From: Myxococcales bacterium
GTDB lineage: Bacteria; Myxococcota_A; Polyangia; Polyangiales; Polyangiaceae
Direction of reading: 5' to 3'
DNA: 64,000 bases
Assembly: GCA_043747615.1 (NCBI GenBank)
Contig: JAYTOU010000066.1
Coordinates: forward strand, 25,336-89,335
Shown one piece after another: positions 52,690 through 62,451 of this stretch. The position numbers were made by a program, and so were the translations under genes. The number at the start of each line of letters is the position of its first letter. The stretch's first letter is position 1. The notes below the pieces were generated by a model that had not been told where the DNA came from, did no database searches, and saw only the letters and a program-made list of their open reading frames with translations.

Positions 52690-54645
52690 TCAGGCGGGCT
52701 TGCTCTCCGCGAGCACCATAGCGGCAAAATCCTCGAGCGGAATGGGCCCGAGCTCTCCTTTGTCGCGTGAGCGAACCCCCAGCGCCTTGGCCTCCTCTTC
52801 CGTCCCGCCGACCACGCAGACGTAAGGATAACGAGCCATCCGAGCGTTTCGGACCTTTGCGCCGAGCTTGTCGGTGCTGAGATCGACGTCCACGCGGAGC
52901 CCCTTGCCGCGGAGCAGATCACGCGCGTGGTTGGCGTAGCCGTCGAACTTTTCGTGCACGGGAATGATCATGGCTTGCTTGGGAGCGATCCAGGTCGGGA
53001 AGTTTCCCCCGCAGTGCTCGAGGAAAACGCTGAAGAAGCGCTCGAGCGATCCGAGCACCGCGCGGTGGAGCATGATCGGCCGATGTTCTTTTCCGTCCGC
53101 GCCGATGTACGAGAGGTTGAAGCGCTCGGGGAAGTTGGCGTCGAACTGGATCGTGCCGAGCTGCCAGCTCCGCTTCAATGCATCCTGCACATGAAATTCT
53201 ACCTTGGGGCCGTAAAACGCGCCTTCGCCCTGGAGAATTTCGAAGGGTAGACCGCCGTCGGTGAGCGCTTTGGTGAGGATGCCTTCGGAGAGATCCCAGT
53301 CCTCGTCCTTGCCGATGCGGTTCTCGGGACGCATCGCGAGCTTCACGTCGATCTTCTCGAACTTGAACGTCGCGTACACCTCGTAGAGGAGCTTGATGAA
53401 ACGCTCGATCTCGCCGAGCGCTTGATCGGGAGTGCAGAAGATGTGGCCGTCGTCTTGGGAGAACGACCGCACGCGTGACAGACCGTGAACCACGCCGCCC
53501 CGCTCGTAGCGATGGAGGCGACCGAAGTCCGCGACGCGCCAGGGAAGCTCACGGTACGAGCGCTTCTTCGAGCCGAAGATGAGGCAGTGGCTCGGACAGT
53601 TCATCGGTTTCAGCGCGAAAGAAGCATTGCGGAGCATGCCGGCGACTTTGTCGAAGCCCTTGGCTTTGAACTCGTCGTTCACGTCGAGCATGTCCTCCAT
53701 CCACAGCCGGTACATGTTCTGGTTGTAGTTGCCGAGATGCCCGCTGGTCTTGAAGAGCTTGGGATCGAACACCTGCGGAGTGATCACCTCTTCGTAATCG
53801 TGATGCTCGTAGAGATCGCGGATGTAGCCGACGAGGCGGTTGTAGACGTAGGCCCCCTTCGGCAAGAAGAAGGGCATCGCCGGCGCCAGCGCATCGAAGT
53901 AAAATAGCTCCAGCTCTTTTCCGAGCTTGCGGTGATCGCGCTGCTTGGCCTCTTCGATGAGCTTGAGGTGCTCGTCGAGCGCTTCTTGCGAGGGGAACGC
54001 CGTTCCGTAAATGCGCTGGAGCATCGGGTTGCGCTCGTCGCCGCGCCAGTACGCGCCCGCCACGCTGGTGAGCTTGATGGCCTTCAAGAAGCCGGTCGAC
54101 GGCACGTGAGGACCCATGCAGAAATCGACCCACTCCGCGCCGGGCTTGCCGTGACGGTAGAGGGTGAGCTCTTCATTCTCAGGCCTTTTCTCGATGATTT
54201 CGACCTTGAAGTGCTCGCCCATGTCCGAGAAAAGCTTGATGGCTGCATCGCGCGCGACGACTTCCCGGCGGAACGGGGTGTCACCGGCGATGAGCTCTCG
54301 CATCTTCTTTTCGATCTTCGAAAGATCGGAATCGGTGAAGGAGCCATCCTTGCGTTCGAAGTCGTAGAAGAAACCGTCTTCGATGGCGGGGCCGAGGGTC
54401 ACCTTGGTGCCGGGGAAAAGTTTTTGTACGGCGTCGGCCATGACGTGCGCGCTCGAGTGACGGATCACCTCGAGACCGGCGGCGTCCGTCGCGCGGACGG
54501 GAACGAGGCTCGCGTTCGCCAACGAGCCTGGATCAATGGGCGTGTGCAAGTCGACGAGGCGGTCGCCCAGCTTCGCGGCGATCACGTCCCTGTCGAAGGT
54601 CCCTGCGCTCTCGAGGATCTCCTTAACTGTCTTTCGGGTTTCCAT
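52690..54645 (-). CDS. thrS: Threonine--tRNA ligase
   Basis: IRHSSAH, GPHVPSTG, LQRIYGT, RDHRKLG, KPMNCP, FYGPK, HRAVLGSLERF. Confidence 0.98.
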   Translation of the reverse strand: METRKTVKEILESAGTFDRDVIAAKLGDRLVDLHTPIDPGSLANASLVPVRATDAAGLEVIRHSSAHVMADAVQKLFPGTKVTLGPAIEDGFFYDFERKDGSFTDSDLSKIEKKMRELIAGDTPFRREVVARDAAIKLFSDMGEHFKVEIIEKRPENEELTLYRHGKPGAEWVDFCMGPHVPSTGFLKAIKLTSVAGAYWRGDERNPMLQRIYGTAFPSQEALDEHLKLIEEAKQRDHRKLGKELELFYFDALAPAMPFFLPKGAYVYNRLVGYIRDLYEHHDYEEVITPQVFDPKLFKTSGHLGNYNQNMYRLWMEDMLDVNDEFKAKGFDKVAGMLRNASFALKPMNCPSHCLIFGSKKRSYRELPWRVADFGRLHRYERGGVVHGLSRVRSFSQDDGHIFCTPDQALGEIERFIKLLYEVYATFKFEKIDVKLAMRPENRIGKDEDWDLSEGILTKALTDGGLPFEILQGEGAFYGPKVEFHVQDALKRSWQLGTIQFDANFPERFNLSYIGADGKEHRPIMLHRAVLGSLERFFSVFLEHCGGNFPTWIAPKQAMIIPVHEKFDGYANHARDLLRGKGLRVDVDLSTDKLGAKVRNARMARYPYVCVVGGTEEEAKALGVRSRDKGELGPIPLEDFAAMVLAESKPA

Positions 54646-54763
54646 CTCCGCGCAATGTACACCGCGTCGGGTACCACGCCCCATTTTCGATTCGCATGCA
54701 CGCGGGTGAGAGCGTGCGAGTGACGTGTGCCAGCGCGTCGGGTAACTGGATCCTACGACCTAA

Positions 54764-55126
54764 TCAGTTGCACATGACCTTAATCCCGGTGTTGGGGCTC
54801 CCGGAACAACTCGGAGTCTTCCCAATGCCGCAGTGAATACTTGGATTCGAGCAGCTAGGGCAGCCGTCGAAGTCGAGGCACAAGGAATTGCCCACACAGT
54901 ATTGGTCGTCGATGCGACAGGACTGAGCGCCACAAGCAAACGTACCACCGGGCGTTCCACACGGGTTGCCACCGCTGGAATCCTGCCCCGTACCACCTGA
55001 ATCGGGCGACCCGGTTCCGCCGTCTTGATTGCCTCCGCCACCGGCATCTTGACCGCTCGTGGTTGAAGAGCTGCAACCGACTCCCACGCACAGAATCGCA
55101 AATCCCAAAATGCTGAGCTTAGGCAT
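54764..55126 (-). CDS. Small Cys-rich lipoprotein
   Basis: MPKLSILGFAILCVGVGC lipobox, Gly/Asp linker, Cys-rich C-domain; visibly more AT-rich codons. Confidence 0.7.
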   Translation of the reverse strand: MPKLSILGFAILCVGVGCSSSTTSGQDAGGGGNQDGGTGSPDSGGTGQDSSGGNPCGTPGGTFACGAQSCRIDDQYCVGNSLCLDFDGCPSCSNPSIHCGIGKTPSCSGSPNTGIKVMCN

Positions 55127-55476
55127 ATGGCATGCGTGGGTACCACGTGGAGTGGCGGAGGGGCGAGAGCGTACGAACGGGAATGTCGATCGCACGCTGC
55201 GACCACGCTGACTCAGCCCCTCTCGGGCTGCCGCGGCAGAATATGAGCGATTTGCTGAGGTTTCAGGTCGCCCGACGGCCCGCGCGCGTGACGCTTGTCT
55301 CACGGGCGTTACCTTCCCCCGCGTCTGCAACTCGATGAGCGGGTATCAAGGGCGAGGTCAGACGAACAGCATTGCGAGCGTCTTCGTGTGCGCCAGAAAA
55401 CGTCGGCTGTCTTCAACACCTCAATGCGTGCCGCGGACAAAGGCGTTTGCCGCGCGACTGGCGTACCCTCGCGCGC

Positions 55477-56754
55477 ATGAGTCGCATCGTCGCTGTGGTC
55501 ATGGAGCTGAAAGCCTTCGTCGCGCGGCTGCAGGCCCGACCCGACCTCAAGGTTAGTGTGGCGAAGATTGGCGGACCCGCCGGCCCCGAGCTCCTCGGCC
55601 CTGGCCTCAGTGACGAGCTCCGCGAGCTCTTTGCGCTGATGGACGGGATTCACGTGGAGTGGCAGTTCAAGGAGCCGCCGGGCGGCGGCTGCATCCGCAT
55701 TCCCCCGCTGCTCGATCAAAGTGGCTTTAGTGGGGAGACCCACCTGGATTTGGGCGACGACTTCGAGGCCTTCCTGCTCGACGAGATACAGCCGGAGGGT
55801 GCGACCTGGGTTATCCGGTTGAAGAAGAGCAGAGAGTGCCGCCTGCTCTTTGGAAGGCTGAGCGACGCAATTGAGCCGGCGGTGTCCGTTGCCGAGTACC
55901 TCGAGCGCGCCATGGCCTCCGGCTTCGTCTATTGGTGGCCCGCTTGCTTCCGCAAGAACGAATGGGTTTCATACGATCAGAACGAAAGCACTATTCGCCG
56001 CTTCCGCGGGCCCGCGGTGACACCGCGGGTGATTGTCCCGGGCAGCCGTGTGCACATCGAGTCATTCGACTTTAGCAAGGGGTGCCGCGGCTTCGTGCGC
56101 AAGCTTCACGAGCTGCCCGATGCGACCTTGGTGGCGGAGGTCGATCTTGACCTGGGCAGCCGGATCCGACTGCCGCTCGACTGCTTGAAGCCGCAGGACA
56201 GAGACGACGCGTACGAGCGGCTGCGGAAGAAGCTCCCGGGTCCCGCAGTACCATTGCTAGAAGTGCTCGAGATGCTTGCGCGCGCAATCGGTCCCTTTAC
56301 GGCGACGTTCTTTGACGTGCCCAGCAATGGTCGCCCGTCCGCCGGACTTTTTGCGGCCCACGGCCTCCAGGCCAGCATCGAGTTCCTGCTCAAACTTTAC
56401 GACGCGGCCATCGAGGCACGGATCCCTTTCGGCGACGCCCTCCCGCTCGCTCGTACGGGTGACGAGCTCAGCCCGCACGAGACGGCCCGGGTGGGCTGGA
56501 CGCACCGCGTGCGCGACACTTTCAAAGGCGTCCTCGCGGGGCTCGTGCTTCTGGCGCATCAGCGCTCATCGAACGAGCGTATTGCCGCCTCCGGTCTCAT
56601 CGACGCGGAGCTGCGCGCTCGCCTGCGGCGCTGCAGCATGGCGAAGGACCTTTACACCACACTGAGCAAGGACGAAGTCCTCTCGTGGCAGCCCGACCAG
56701 ACGGACCTGGCTACGCGCCGTTCCCCCAAATCGCCGACGCGACTCCCGAGCTGA
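55477..56754 (+). CDS. Hypothetical protein with SMI1/KNR4 (SUKH)-like N-terminal domain
   Basis: GPA...LSDELRELFALMDG...SVAEYLE pattern; central SH3/KOW-like segment. Confidence 0.6.
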   Translation: MSRIVAVVMELKAFVARLQARPDLKVSVAKIGGPAGPELLGPGLSDELRELFALMDGIHVEWQFKEPPGGGCIRIPPLLDQSGFSGETHLDLGDDFEAFLLDEIQPEGATWVIRLKKSRECRLLFGRLSDAIEPAVSVAEYLERAMASGFVYWWPACFRKNEWVSYDQNESTIRRFRGPAVTPRVIVPGSRVHIESFDFSKGCRGFVRKLHELPDATLVAEVDLDLGSRIRLPLDCLKPQDRDDAYERLRKKLPGPAVPLLEVLEMLARAIGPFTATFFDVPSNGRPSAGLFAAHGLQASIEFLLKLYDAAIEARIPFGDALPLARTGDELSPHETARVGWTHRVRDTFKGVLAGLVLLAHQRSSNERIAASGLIDAELRARLRRCSMAKDLYTTLSKDEVLSWQPDQTDLATRRSPKSPTRLPS

Positions 56755-56834
56755 AAAAGCCGCGGTTGCACAACCGCCGATCATCACAAAAGCAGAAACC
56801 TCCGAAACCATCATGGTCACGGAGGCTTGGATTG

Positions 56835-56906
<72 letters not shown>

Positions 56907-56919
56907 GTGCTTCTTGCCG

Positions 56920-56949
56920 GAGATAGCCTCCCGGTGTCGCGCGTGTCAA
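56920..56949 (-). promoter_or_regulatory. Sigma-70-type promoter of tRNA-Val
   Basis: TTGACA, 18-nt spacer, TATCTC just upstream of the tRNA. Confidence 0.55.
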
Positions 56950-56968
56950 GGCGACGCCTCCTTCCACG

Positions 56969-59038
56969 ATGAAATCTCTCTACGTTGAGAAAGACGCGGC
57001 GCGATTCGCGGATGGCGCCGGTGTCACGGAGACGCTCGCCCTTCGGACGTACACGTCGCGGCTCCTAGGCGCCGATCCAGCGCTCGTTCTTCATGGCGGC
57101 GGCAACACCTCAGCCAAAGGGCGGGAGGCCGACGCGTTCGGCGAGCCGCTCGACGTCCTCTACGTGAAGGGCTCGGGTTGGGATCTCGCGACCATCGAAC
57201 CGCCCGGGCTCCCCGCGGTCCGTCTCGAGCCGCTTCGGAGACTGCGTACTCTTGAGGCGCTCACCGACGAGCAAATGGTGAACGAGCTCCGGGCGAATCT
57301 TCTGGATTCGAGCGCGCCGAACCCGAGCATCGAGACCCTTTTGCACGCGTTCCTGCCGGCGCGCTTCATCGATCACACCCATGCAGATGCGATCCTCGCG
57401 GTGGCCGACCAGCCGTCTGGTGAAAAAATCTGCCGCGACATTTTCGGGAGGGCGCTGGTCTGGGTTCCCTATGTGATGCCGGGGTTCGCGCTCGCCAAAC
57501 ATTGCATCGAGGCTTACGAGGCCGCGCTCGCAAAGGGCGACTCACCTGGCGTGATCGTCCTCGAGCGTCACGGCATCTTCACCTTCGGAGAAACAGCGAA
57601 GGAAAGCTACGACGCCATGATCGCGGCGGTCACTAGGGTGGAGCGCTACATCGGCGATCAGCGTCGGACGGCGAGCCTCGTCGAAGCCCGGCGCTTTTCT
57701 GCTGCCGCGATCGACGTGGTGCCTCGACTGCGCGGGGTCATCGCTCGGTTAGCCGGTGAGCCCATGGAGCGCGGGCCGTTCGTCAGCGTACGGGCGTCGG
57801 ATTCGATCCTGGCGTTCTTGGATCGACCAGACGTAGCGGAGCTCGTGCTCCGCGGGTGCGCCACCCCCGATCACGTCATTCGCACCAAGCCGACGGCCCT
57901 CTTCATCGCCGATCCGGAGCTCGGCGATCTCGCGAAATTGACGAAGCGCTTAGAACACGAAACTGTGCAGTATGCACGTAGTTACGACGCGTATTTCGGG
58001 GAAATGTGCAAAAGCAAGAGCGCCACTCGCACCAAGCTCGACCCTTGGCCTCGCGTCGTTCTCCTTCCGGGTTTCGGCGCGTGCTCGCTCGGCAAGACCC
58101 TCAAAGAAGCGGACGCGATCGCCGACATCTACGAGCACACCATCGACGTGATGGTCAACGCCACGGAGATCGGCACCTACGCGCCCGTCAGTCGCTCCGA
58201 CCTTTTCGACCTCGAGTACTGGAGCCTCGAGCAGGCCAAGATCAAGAAGGCCGCCGAGCTTCCGCTCTTCGGCAAGGTGGCCTTCGTCACCGGAGCAGCA
58301 TCAGGTATCGGTCGCGCGACGGCCGCACGCTTCCTCGCCCTCGGCGCGCACGTGGCCCTCGTCGATCACGACGCCAAGGAGCTCGTGGCCTCCCACGAAA
58401 TTCTCGGGAAGAAGCGGGCAACGCAGGTGCTGCCGATCGTGTGTGACGTGACCTCCACGAAGAAAGTGAAGGCCGCCGTCGCGACCGCCGTCTCCTTCTT
58501 CGGTGGAATCGACGTGGTGGTCTCGAACGCCGGCAACGCGCCCGAGGGGCGGCTCGACACCGAAGAAGGCGCCGAAGCGCTCCGTGCATCGCTCGAGCTG
58601 AACTTGCTGTCGCACAACCACGTCGCGCGCGCTGCGGCCGAGGTCATGCTCGCCCAAGGGCGCGGCGGATGCCTGCTCTTCAACGTGAGCAAAGCGGTCT
58701 TCAACCCCGGACCGGGCTTCGGCCCTTACGCCGTCGCGAAGTCCGCGCTCCTCGCGCTGATGCGACAGTACGCGATCGACCTTGGAAGTAGCGGCATTCG
58801 ATCGAACGCGGTCAACGCCGATCGCATTCGCACTCCGCTCTTCGGGGGCGGCGTCCTCGAGTCGCGCGCAGCAGCACGTGGTCTCAGCGTTGACGACTAC
58901 TTTCGCGCCAACCTCCTCGGCCGCGAAGTGCTCGCCGACGACGTAGCCGACGCCTTCGCCTACCTGGCGCAAGCGCGCGCGACGACCGGGTGCGTGATCA
59001 CCGTCGACGGCGGCAACTCCGCCGCGTTCCCCAGGTAG
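56969..59038 (+). CDS. Bifunctional class II aldolase / short-chain dehydrogenase (RhaD/RhaEW-like)
   Basis: GGGNTSAK, KGSGWDL, PSIETLLH, DHTHAD, TPDHVIRTK; SDR TGAASGIG, YAVAK, VDGG. Confidence 0.93.
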   Translation: MKSLYVEKDAARFADGAGVTETLALRTYTSRLLGADPALVLHGGGNTSAKGREADAFGEPLDVLYVKGSGWDLATIEPPGLPAVRLEPLRRLRTLEALTDEQMVNELRANLLDSSAPNPSIETLLHAFLPARFIDHTHADAILAVADQPSGEKICRDIFGRALVWVPYVMPGFALAKHCIEAYEAALAKGDSPGVIVLERHGIFTFGETAKESYDAMIAAVTRVERYIGDQRRTASLVEARRFSAAAIDVVPRLRGVIARLAGEPMERGPFVSVRASDSILAFLDRPDVAELVLRGCATPDHVIRTKPTALFIADPELGDLAKLTKRLEHETVQYARSYDAYFGEMCKSKSATRTKLDPWPRVVLLPGFGACSLGKTLKEADAIADIYEHTIDVMVNATEIGTYAPVSRSDLFDLEYWSLEQAKIKKAAELPLFGKVAFVTGAASGIGRATAARFLALGAHVALVDHDAKELVASHEILGKKRATQVLPIVCDVTSTKKVKAAVATAVSFFGGIDVVVSNAGNAPEGRLDTEEGAEALRASLELNLLSHNHVARAAAEVMLAQGRGGCLLFNVSKAVFNPGPGFGPYAVAKSALLALMRQYAIDLGSSGIRSNAVNADRIRTPLFGGGVLESRAAARGLSVDDYFRANLLGREVLADDVADAFAYLAQARATTGCVITVDGGNSAAFPR

Positions 59039-59055
59039 ATCCTCGCGAAGGTCGC

Positions 59056-60957
59056 TTAGAAGCGGATCGTGATTTCCGCGCGCACGCCGGAGAACGGCGG
59101 GAACACTTTGCATACGCCGCTCACGCACTTGAGACCGCCGCGCTGCTGGCCGACGAGGAAGCGAAAGTTCGAGCCCTCGGTGAAGCGATAGAGCACCGAG
59201 CCGTTTAGGTAGTACGTAGGAAATCCCGCGAGCGTGAGGTACTCGAAGCCCTGACTGATGACCCATTTTGGAGCGATCTTCAGCGCAGTGTAATTCTCTC
59301 CTTCACGCCAGAATTGCTCGGTTCCAGCCCCATTTCGCGCATTCTGATTTTCCTCGCGACGCAGGCGGTGACGCCCCTGAAGCTCGACGGAGTAAGACCC
59401 GGCGATGTGTTTCGTGAACGCGTACTCGGTGTGGAATTCTTTGTAGTAGGTCTCGCCGTTCGATTTTGAATCGTCGCGCGCGCCTGCCGACGCGAAGAGG
59501 TGGGACTGATCGTGGTCGAAGCGCCACTCGATGCCGCCCGCGCCGTCCCACACGTCGTTGTGCACCGAGTCTGCGCCCGCGCGCACGGTGGTGGTGCTCC
59601 GTCCGAGCTCGTCGCAGGAGCCACCCGAGATTTCGCTCTTGGTGTGGGCGTACGCGCCGATCCCGTAGAAGAGAAACGTGTCGCTGGTCTTCACGTCGGT
59701 GCGCAGTCGCCCGCCGTCGACGCAGGCGTTGAAGAACCCGAACATCGCGTCCTGGGTGATGAGCTCGGCGGTCGGCGGCGAAGAGTAAAGGATGTTGTTA
59801 AACGCCGCGGTGCGCGAGATATCGACGGCGCCGGCCGACGCATAGAAGTTACGATAGCTCTTGATTTCAAGGGTATTGGTGATCGGTCCAAAATCGGTCG
59901 AGAGCGATCCGGACACGGCGTTTCCGTTCGGGTGGACGTCCGCCACGTCGCCGTCGTGGTAGCGATGCTGGACGGCCACCTCCACGTAGAGGCTTCCGTG
60001 ATGCCAGAGACTTGGAATCTCGAGGCTCTGTCCCGCGGTGTCGATCTCGCTCGCGTTGATGGCCGGCCCGCCTCCGGCCGGAACGGAGAGCCACGCCTTG
60101 GTGTCGTTCGGATCGCACGAGCCGAAGGGCGCATCGAAGGCTCCGTCGGCGACTCGCCCCGCGGCGTCGTAGTGGTAAGGCGCGCAGCGCGTGAGGCGAA
60201 CGGCGTGGGTGCTCAAGACGAGAGGTGTTCCGCGCCCGGCTTGGATCTGGGCGCCCACGATGCGATCGGAGCCGATTACGGGCTGCGCGGCGGTGCTGTC
60301 GCCTGGGATTGACTTGGGAAGAAAGAGCGCGCGCCCGGTCGCTTCGTCTACGCGCGACGGATTGGCCACGCCGGCCACGAGGGTCATCGCGAAAGGATCG
60401 CTCTGCCACGCGACCTTCGCTCCGCGCACCGTGTTGTCGACACCGAGCTCGTCGATCTTGCGCATCGACAGGACGAGCCCGCGTCCGAACTGGACGTACG
60501 CGTCTCCGACCGTGACCTCGAGGTTCGGCGACTGGTAGGTCGCCCACAGCTTCGCGGGGTAGAGCGAATTGCGGTAACGCGTGGCCCCGTCGCGACGGAC
60601 GTTCTCTTGCTGCGAGGCGGGAAAGTTGGAGATCGCCTCGTCCGGGCGCGACCAGTAGAACGACGAATCGAGCCGCGTGCCCAGAGTCCACTTTTTCCAG
60701 CGCAGGGCGACATTCAGCCGATTGAGCCAAGCGCCATAGCCTTGGTCCGTGGGCTTCTCGCCATCACGCGCGGAAAAATGCTGCGCCGCGATCGAAGTCT
60801 CCACCACCTCGAGGCGCACCGGATCCGAGCCAAGCTTCGGCAGATCGACGGCGTGGGCCGTGCGTGCAGCGAGAAGCGAGACTGCCAACGCGCTCGCTCG
60901 CCTCGCACGCGTTGCGACGACGGTGAAGCGCTCTGGACTGAGGCGCACGGCGGCCAT
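59056..60957 (-). CDS. Putative outer-membrane beta-barrel, DUF6029-like
   Basis: Signal peptide, GDAYVQFGRGLVL, alternating aromatic strands, GQQRGGLKCVSGVC, terminal EITIRF. Confidence 0.7.
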   Translation of the reverse strand: MAAVRLSPERFTVVATRARRASALAVSLLAARTAHAVDLPKLGSDPVRLEVVETSIAAQHFSARDGEKPTDQGYGAWLNRLNVALRWKKWTLGTRLDSSFYWSRPDEAISNFPASQQENVRRDGATRYRNSLYPAKLWATYQSPNLEVTVGDAYVQFGRGLVLSMRKIDELGVDNTVRGAKVAWQSDPFAMTLVAGVANPSRVDEATGRALFLPKSIPGDSTAAQPVIGSDRIVGAQIQAGRGTPLVLSTHAVRLTRCAPYHYDAAGRVADGAFDAPFGSCDPNDTKAWLSVPAGGGPAINASEIDTAGQSLEIPSLWHHGSLYVEVAVQHRYHDGDVADVHPNGNAVSGSLSTDFGPITNTLEIKSYRNFYASAGAVDISRTAAFNNILYSSPPTAELITQDAMFGFFNACVDGGRLRTDVKTSDTFLFYGIGAYAHTKSEISGGSCDELGRSTTTVRAGADSVHNDVWDGAGGIEWRFDHDQSHLFASAGARDDSKSNGETYYKEFHTEYAFTKHIAGSYSVELQGRHRLRREENQNARNGAGTEQFWREGENYTALKIAPKWVISQGFEYLTLAGFPTYYLNGSVLYRFTEGSNFRFLVGQQRGGLKCVSGVCKVFPPFSGVRAEITIRF

Positions 60958-60970
60958 CCCGCCGGCGAAG

Positions 60971-61555
60971 CTACTTCGCTTGAGTCGGCTGGTCGAGGAT
61001 GTTCGAGACGTCCGCCGCGAGGGTCACTTCGTCGCCGGGGTTGTAGCCCTCGTGGATCTTGACGACCTTGCCGGTCTTGTCGATGAGCACGGCGAGCGGC
61101 GCAGACTTCTTCGGGTTGTAGATGCTCGCAACGTGGGAGTCTTCGTCGAGGGCGACGGGGAACGTCATGTTGTTACGCTTGGCGAAGTTGGGGACCTCGG
61201 CGACCGTCTCAGGACCGTCCATGGAGATGGCGATGACCACGAAGCCCTTCGCCTTGTTGGCGTCGTAGAGGCGCCGAAGGTGCGGCATCTCTGCGAGACA
61301 GGGTTCGCAGTACGTTGCCCAAAAATCGAGCAGAACGGCCTGTTTTCCAAGGTAATCGCTCAGACGAACGGTCTTACCTTCGATGTCGCGCGCCACGAAG
61401 TCCGCAGCGACCGCGCCCGTTTTCACGGACGAATCGCTTGCGGCACTTTGCGTCGCTGCTCCTTGCTCTCCGCCACCTGCGGCGCACGCCCCAGAAACGA
61501 GGGAGGCGAAGACCGCGATGGCGAGTAGGACGACTCGAGTCAGTTCCCGAGCCAC
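60971..61555 (-). CDS. TlpA-family thiol-disulfide oxidoreductase lipoprotein
   Basis: Lipobox SGAC, LLDFWATYCEPCLAEMP, cis-Pro region, LIDKTG. Confidence 0.92.
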   Translation of the reverse strand: MARELTRVVLLAIAVFASLVSGACAAGGGEQGAATQSAASDSSVKTGAVAADFVARDIEGKTVRLSDYLGKQAVLLDFWATYCEPCLAEMPHLRRLYDANKAKGFVVIAISMDGPETVAEVPNFAKRNNMTFPVALDEDSHVASIYNPKKSAPLAVLIDKTGKVVKIHEGYNPGDEVTLAADVSNILDQPTQAK

Positions 61556-62260
61556 TTAGGGCTTGGCAATCGGGTGCTGATCAACCCACGTCGTCCACTT
61601 GGTCACGTCGGCAGTGATGTCTGCGGGAGCGCCGACGCCCGAGCTCAAGATTTCCATGGTGCGCGCGTCGACGTTGGCGTTCCAGGGAACGGCGGCGGCA
61701 TCGAAGAACTGCCCAAAGTTCGTGAGGCCCGGATCGAGCAACTCCGTGAAGTTCGACTTGTGCTTCACGATCCACGCGTCGAGATCCGACTTGTCGGCCG
61801 GATGGCCTTGGATGCTGCTGTCGTCGAGGGCCTGAACGAAGACGACCTTCTGGGCGGCGAGGGCCGCGGCCACCTGGGCGGTGTCGTCCGTCTCCTGGTT
61901 GCAGGGGGGACACCACACGGCGGCAACGCTGAGGTGGATGATCTTGTAGGTCCGCATCTCGGGATCGAAGTAATCCGCGAGCGAGACATCGACGAGCCCC
62001 TTCGTCATGTCGACTTGCTTCGACGGATCGAGGTGCTTGTAACCCTGGAACTTGTAGTTCCGGATGGTGTTGCCGGCGATGTTCCCTTTGCGCGCCTGAT
62101 AGCCCGGGTTGTCCGTCGGGTAGGCAACGCCGTAAGGGTTCTTCGCCGCCTCCGTTGTCGCGGCGGGACCAGCGAGGCCACCGTCCTGCTTCGTCGACGA
62201 GCAGGCAAAGGCGGAAGCTACGGAGAGGACAGCAACGAGGGATACCGGGGAAAATCGCAT
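61556..62260 (-). CDS. Thioredoxin-fold (redoxin) lipoprotein
   Basis: Lipobox AFAC, SLADYFD, AVWCPPCNQE, AVPWN. Confidence 0.85.
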   Translation of the reverse strand: MRFSPVSLVAVLSVASAFACSSTKQDGGLAGPAATTEAAKNPYGVAYPTDNPGYQARKGNIAGNTIRNYKFQGYKHLDPSKQVDMTKGLVDVSLADYFDPEMRTYKIIHLSVAAVWCPPCNQETDDTAQVAAALAAQKVVFVQALDDSSIQGHPADKSDLDAWIVKHKSNFTELLDPGLTNFGQFFDAAAVPWNANVDARTMEILSSGVGAPADITADVTKWTTWVDQHPIAKP

Positions 62261-62451
62261 GAAGGCCTCTTGGTAGGGTGATCGTAACGCGAGACGCGCA
62301 GGGTAGCCCGTCAGAATGCTCCGTCAAGCGCCCCGACCTGAGACAGCAAAGTAGCACCCGGGCTCCCCAACGCCAGGCCTGGCCTAAGGCTCTCGAACGA
62401 TGTAAGGAAAGCGCATCGTCGCACGAACGCGGCATCTTTATAGAGGTTCCA

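Noticed and set aside
54646..54763. T-box or translational operator upstream of thrS
   Set aside because: No T-box consensus, and a -10-like hexamer sits only 8 nt from the ATG.
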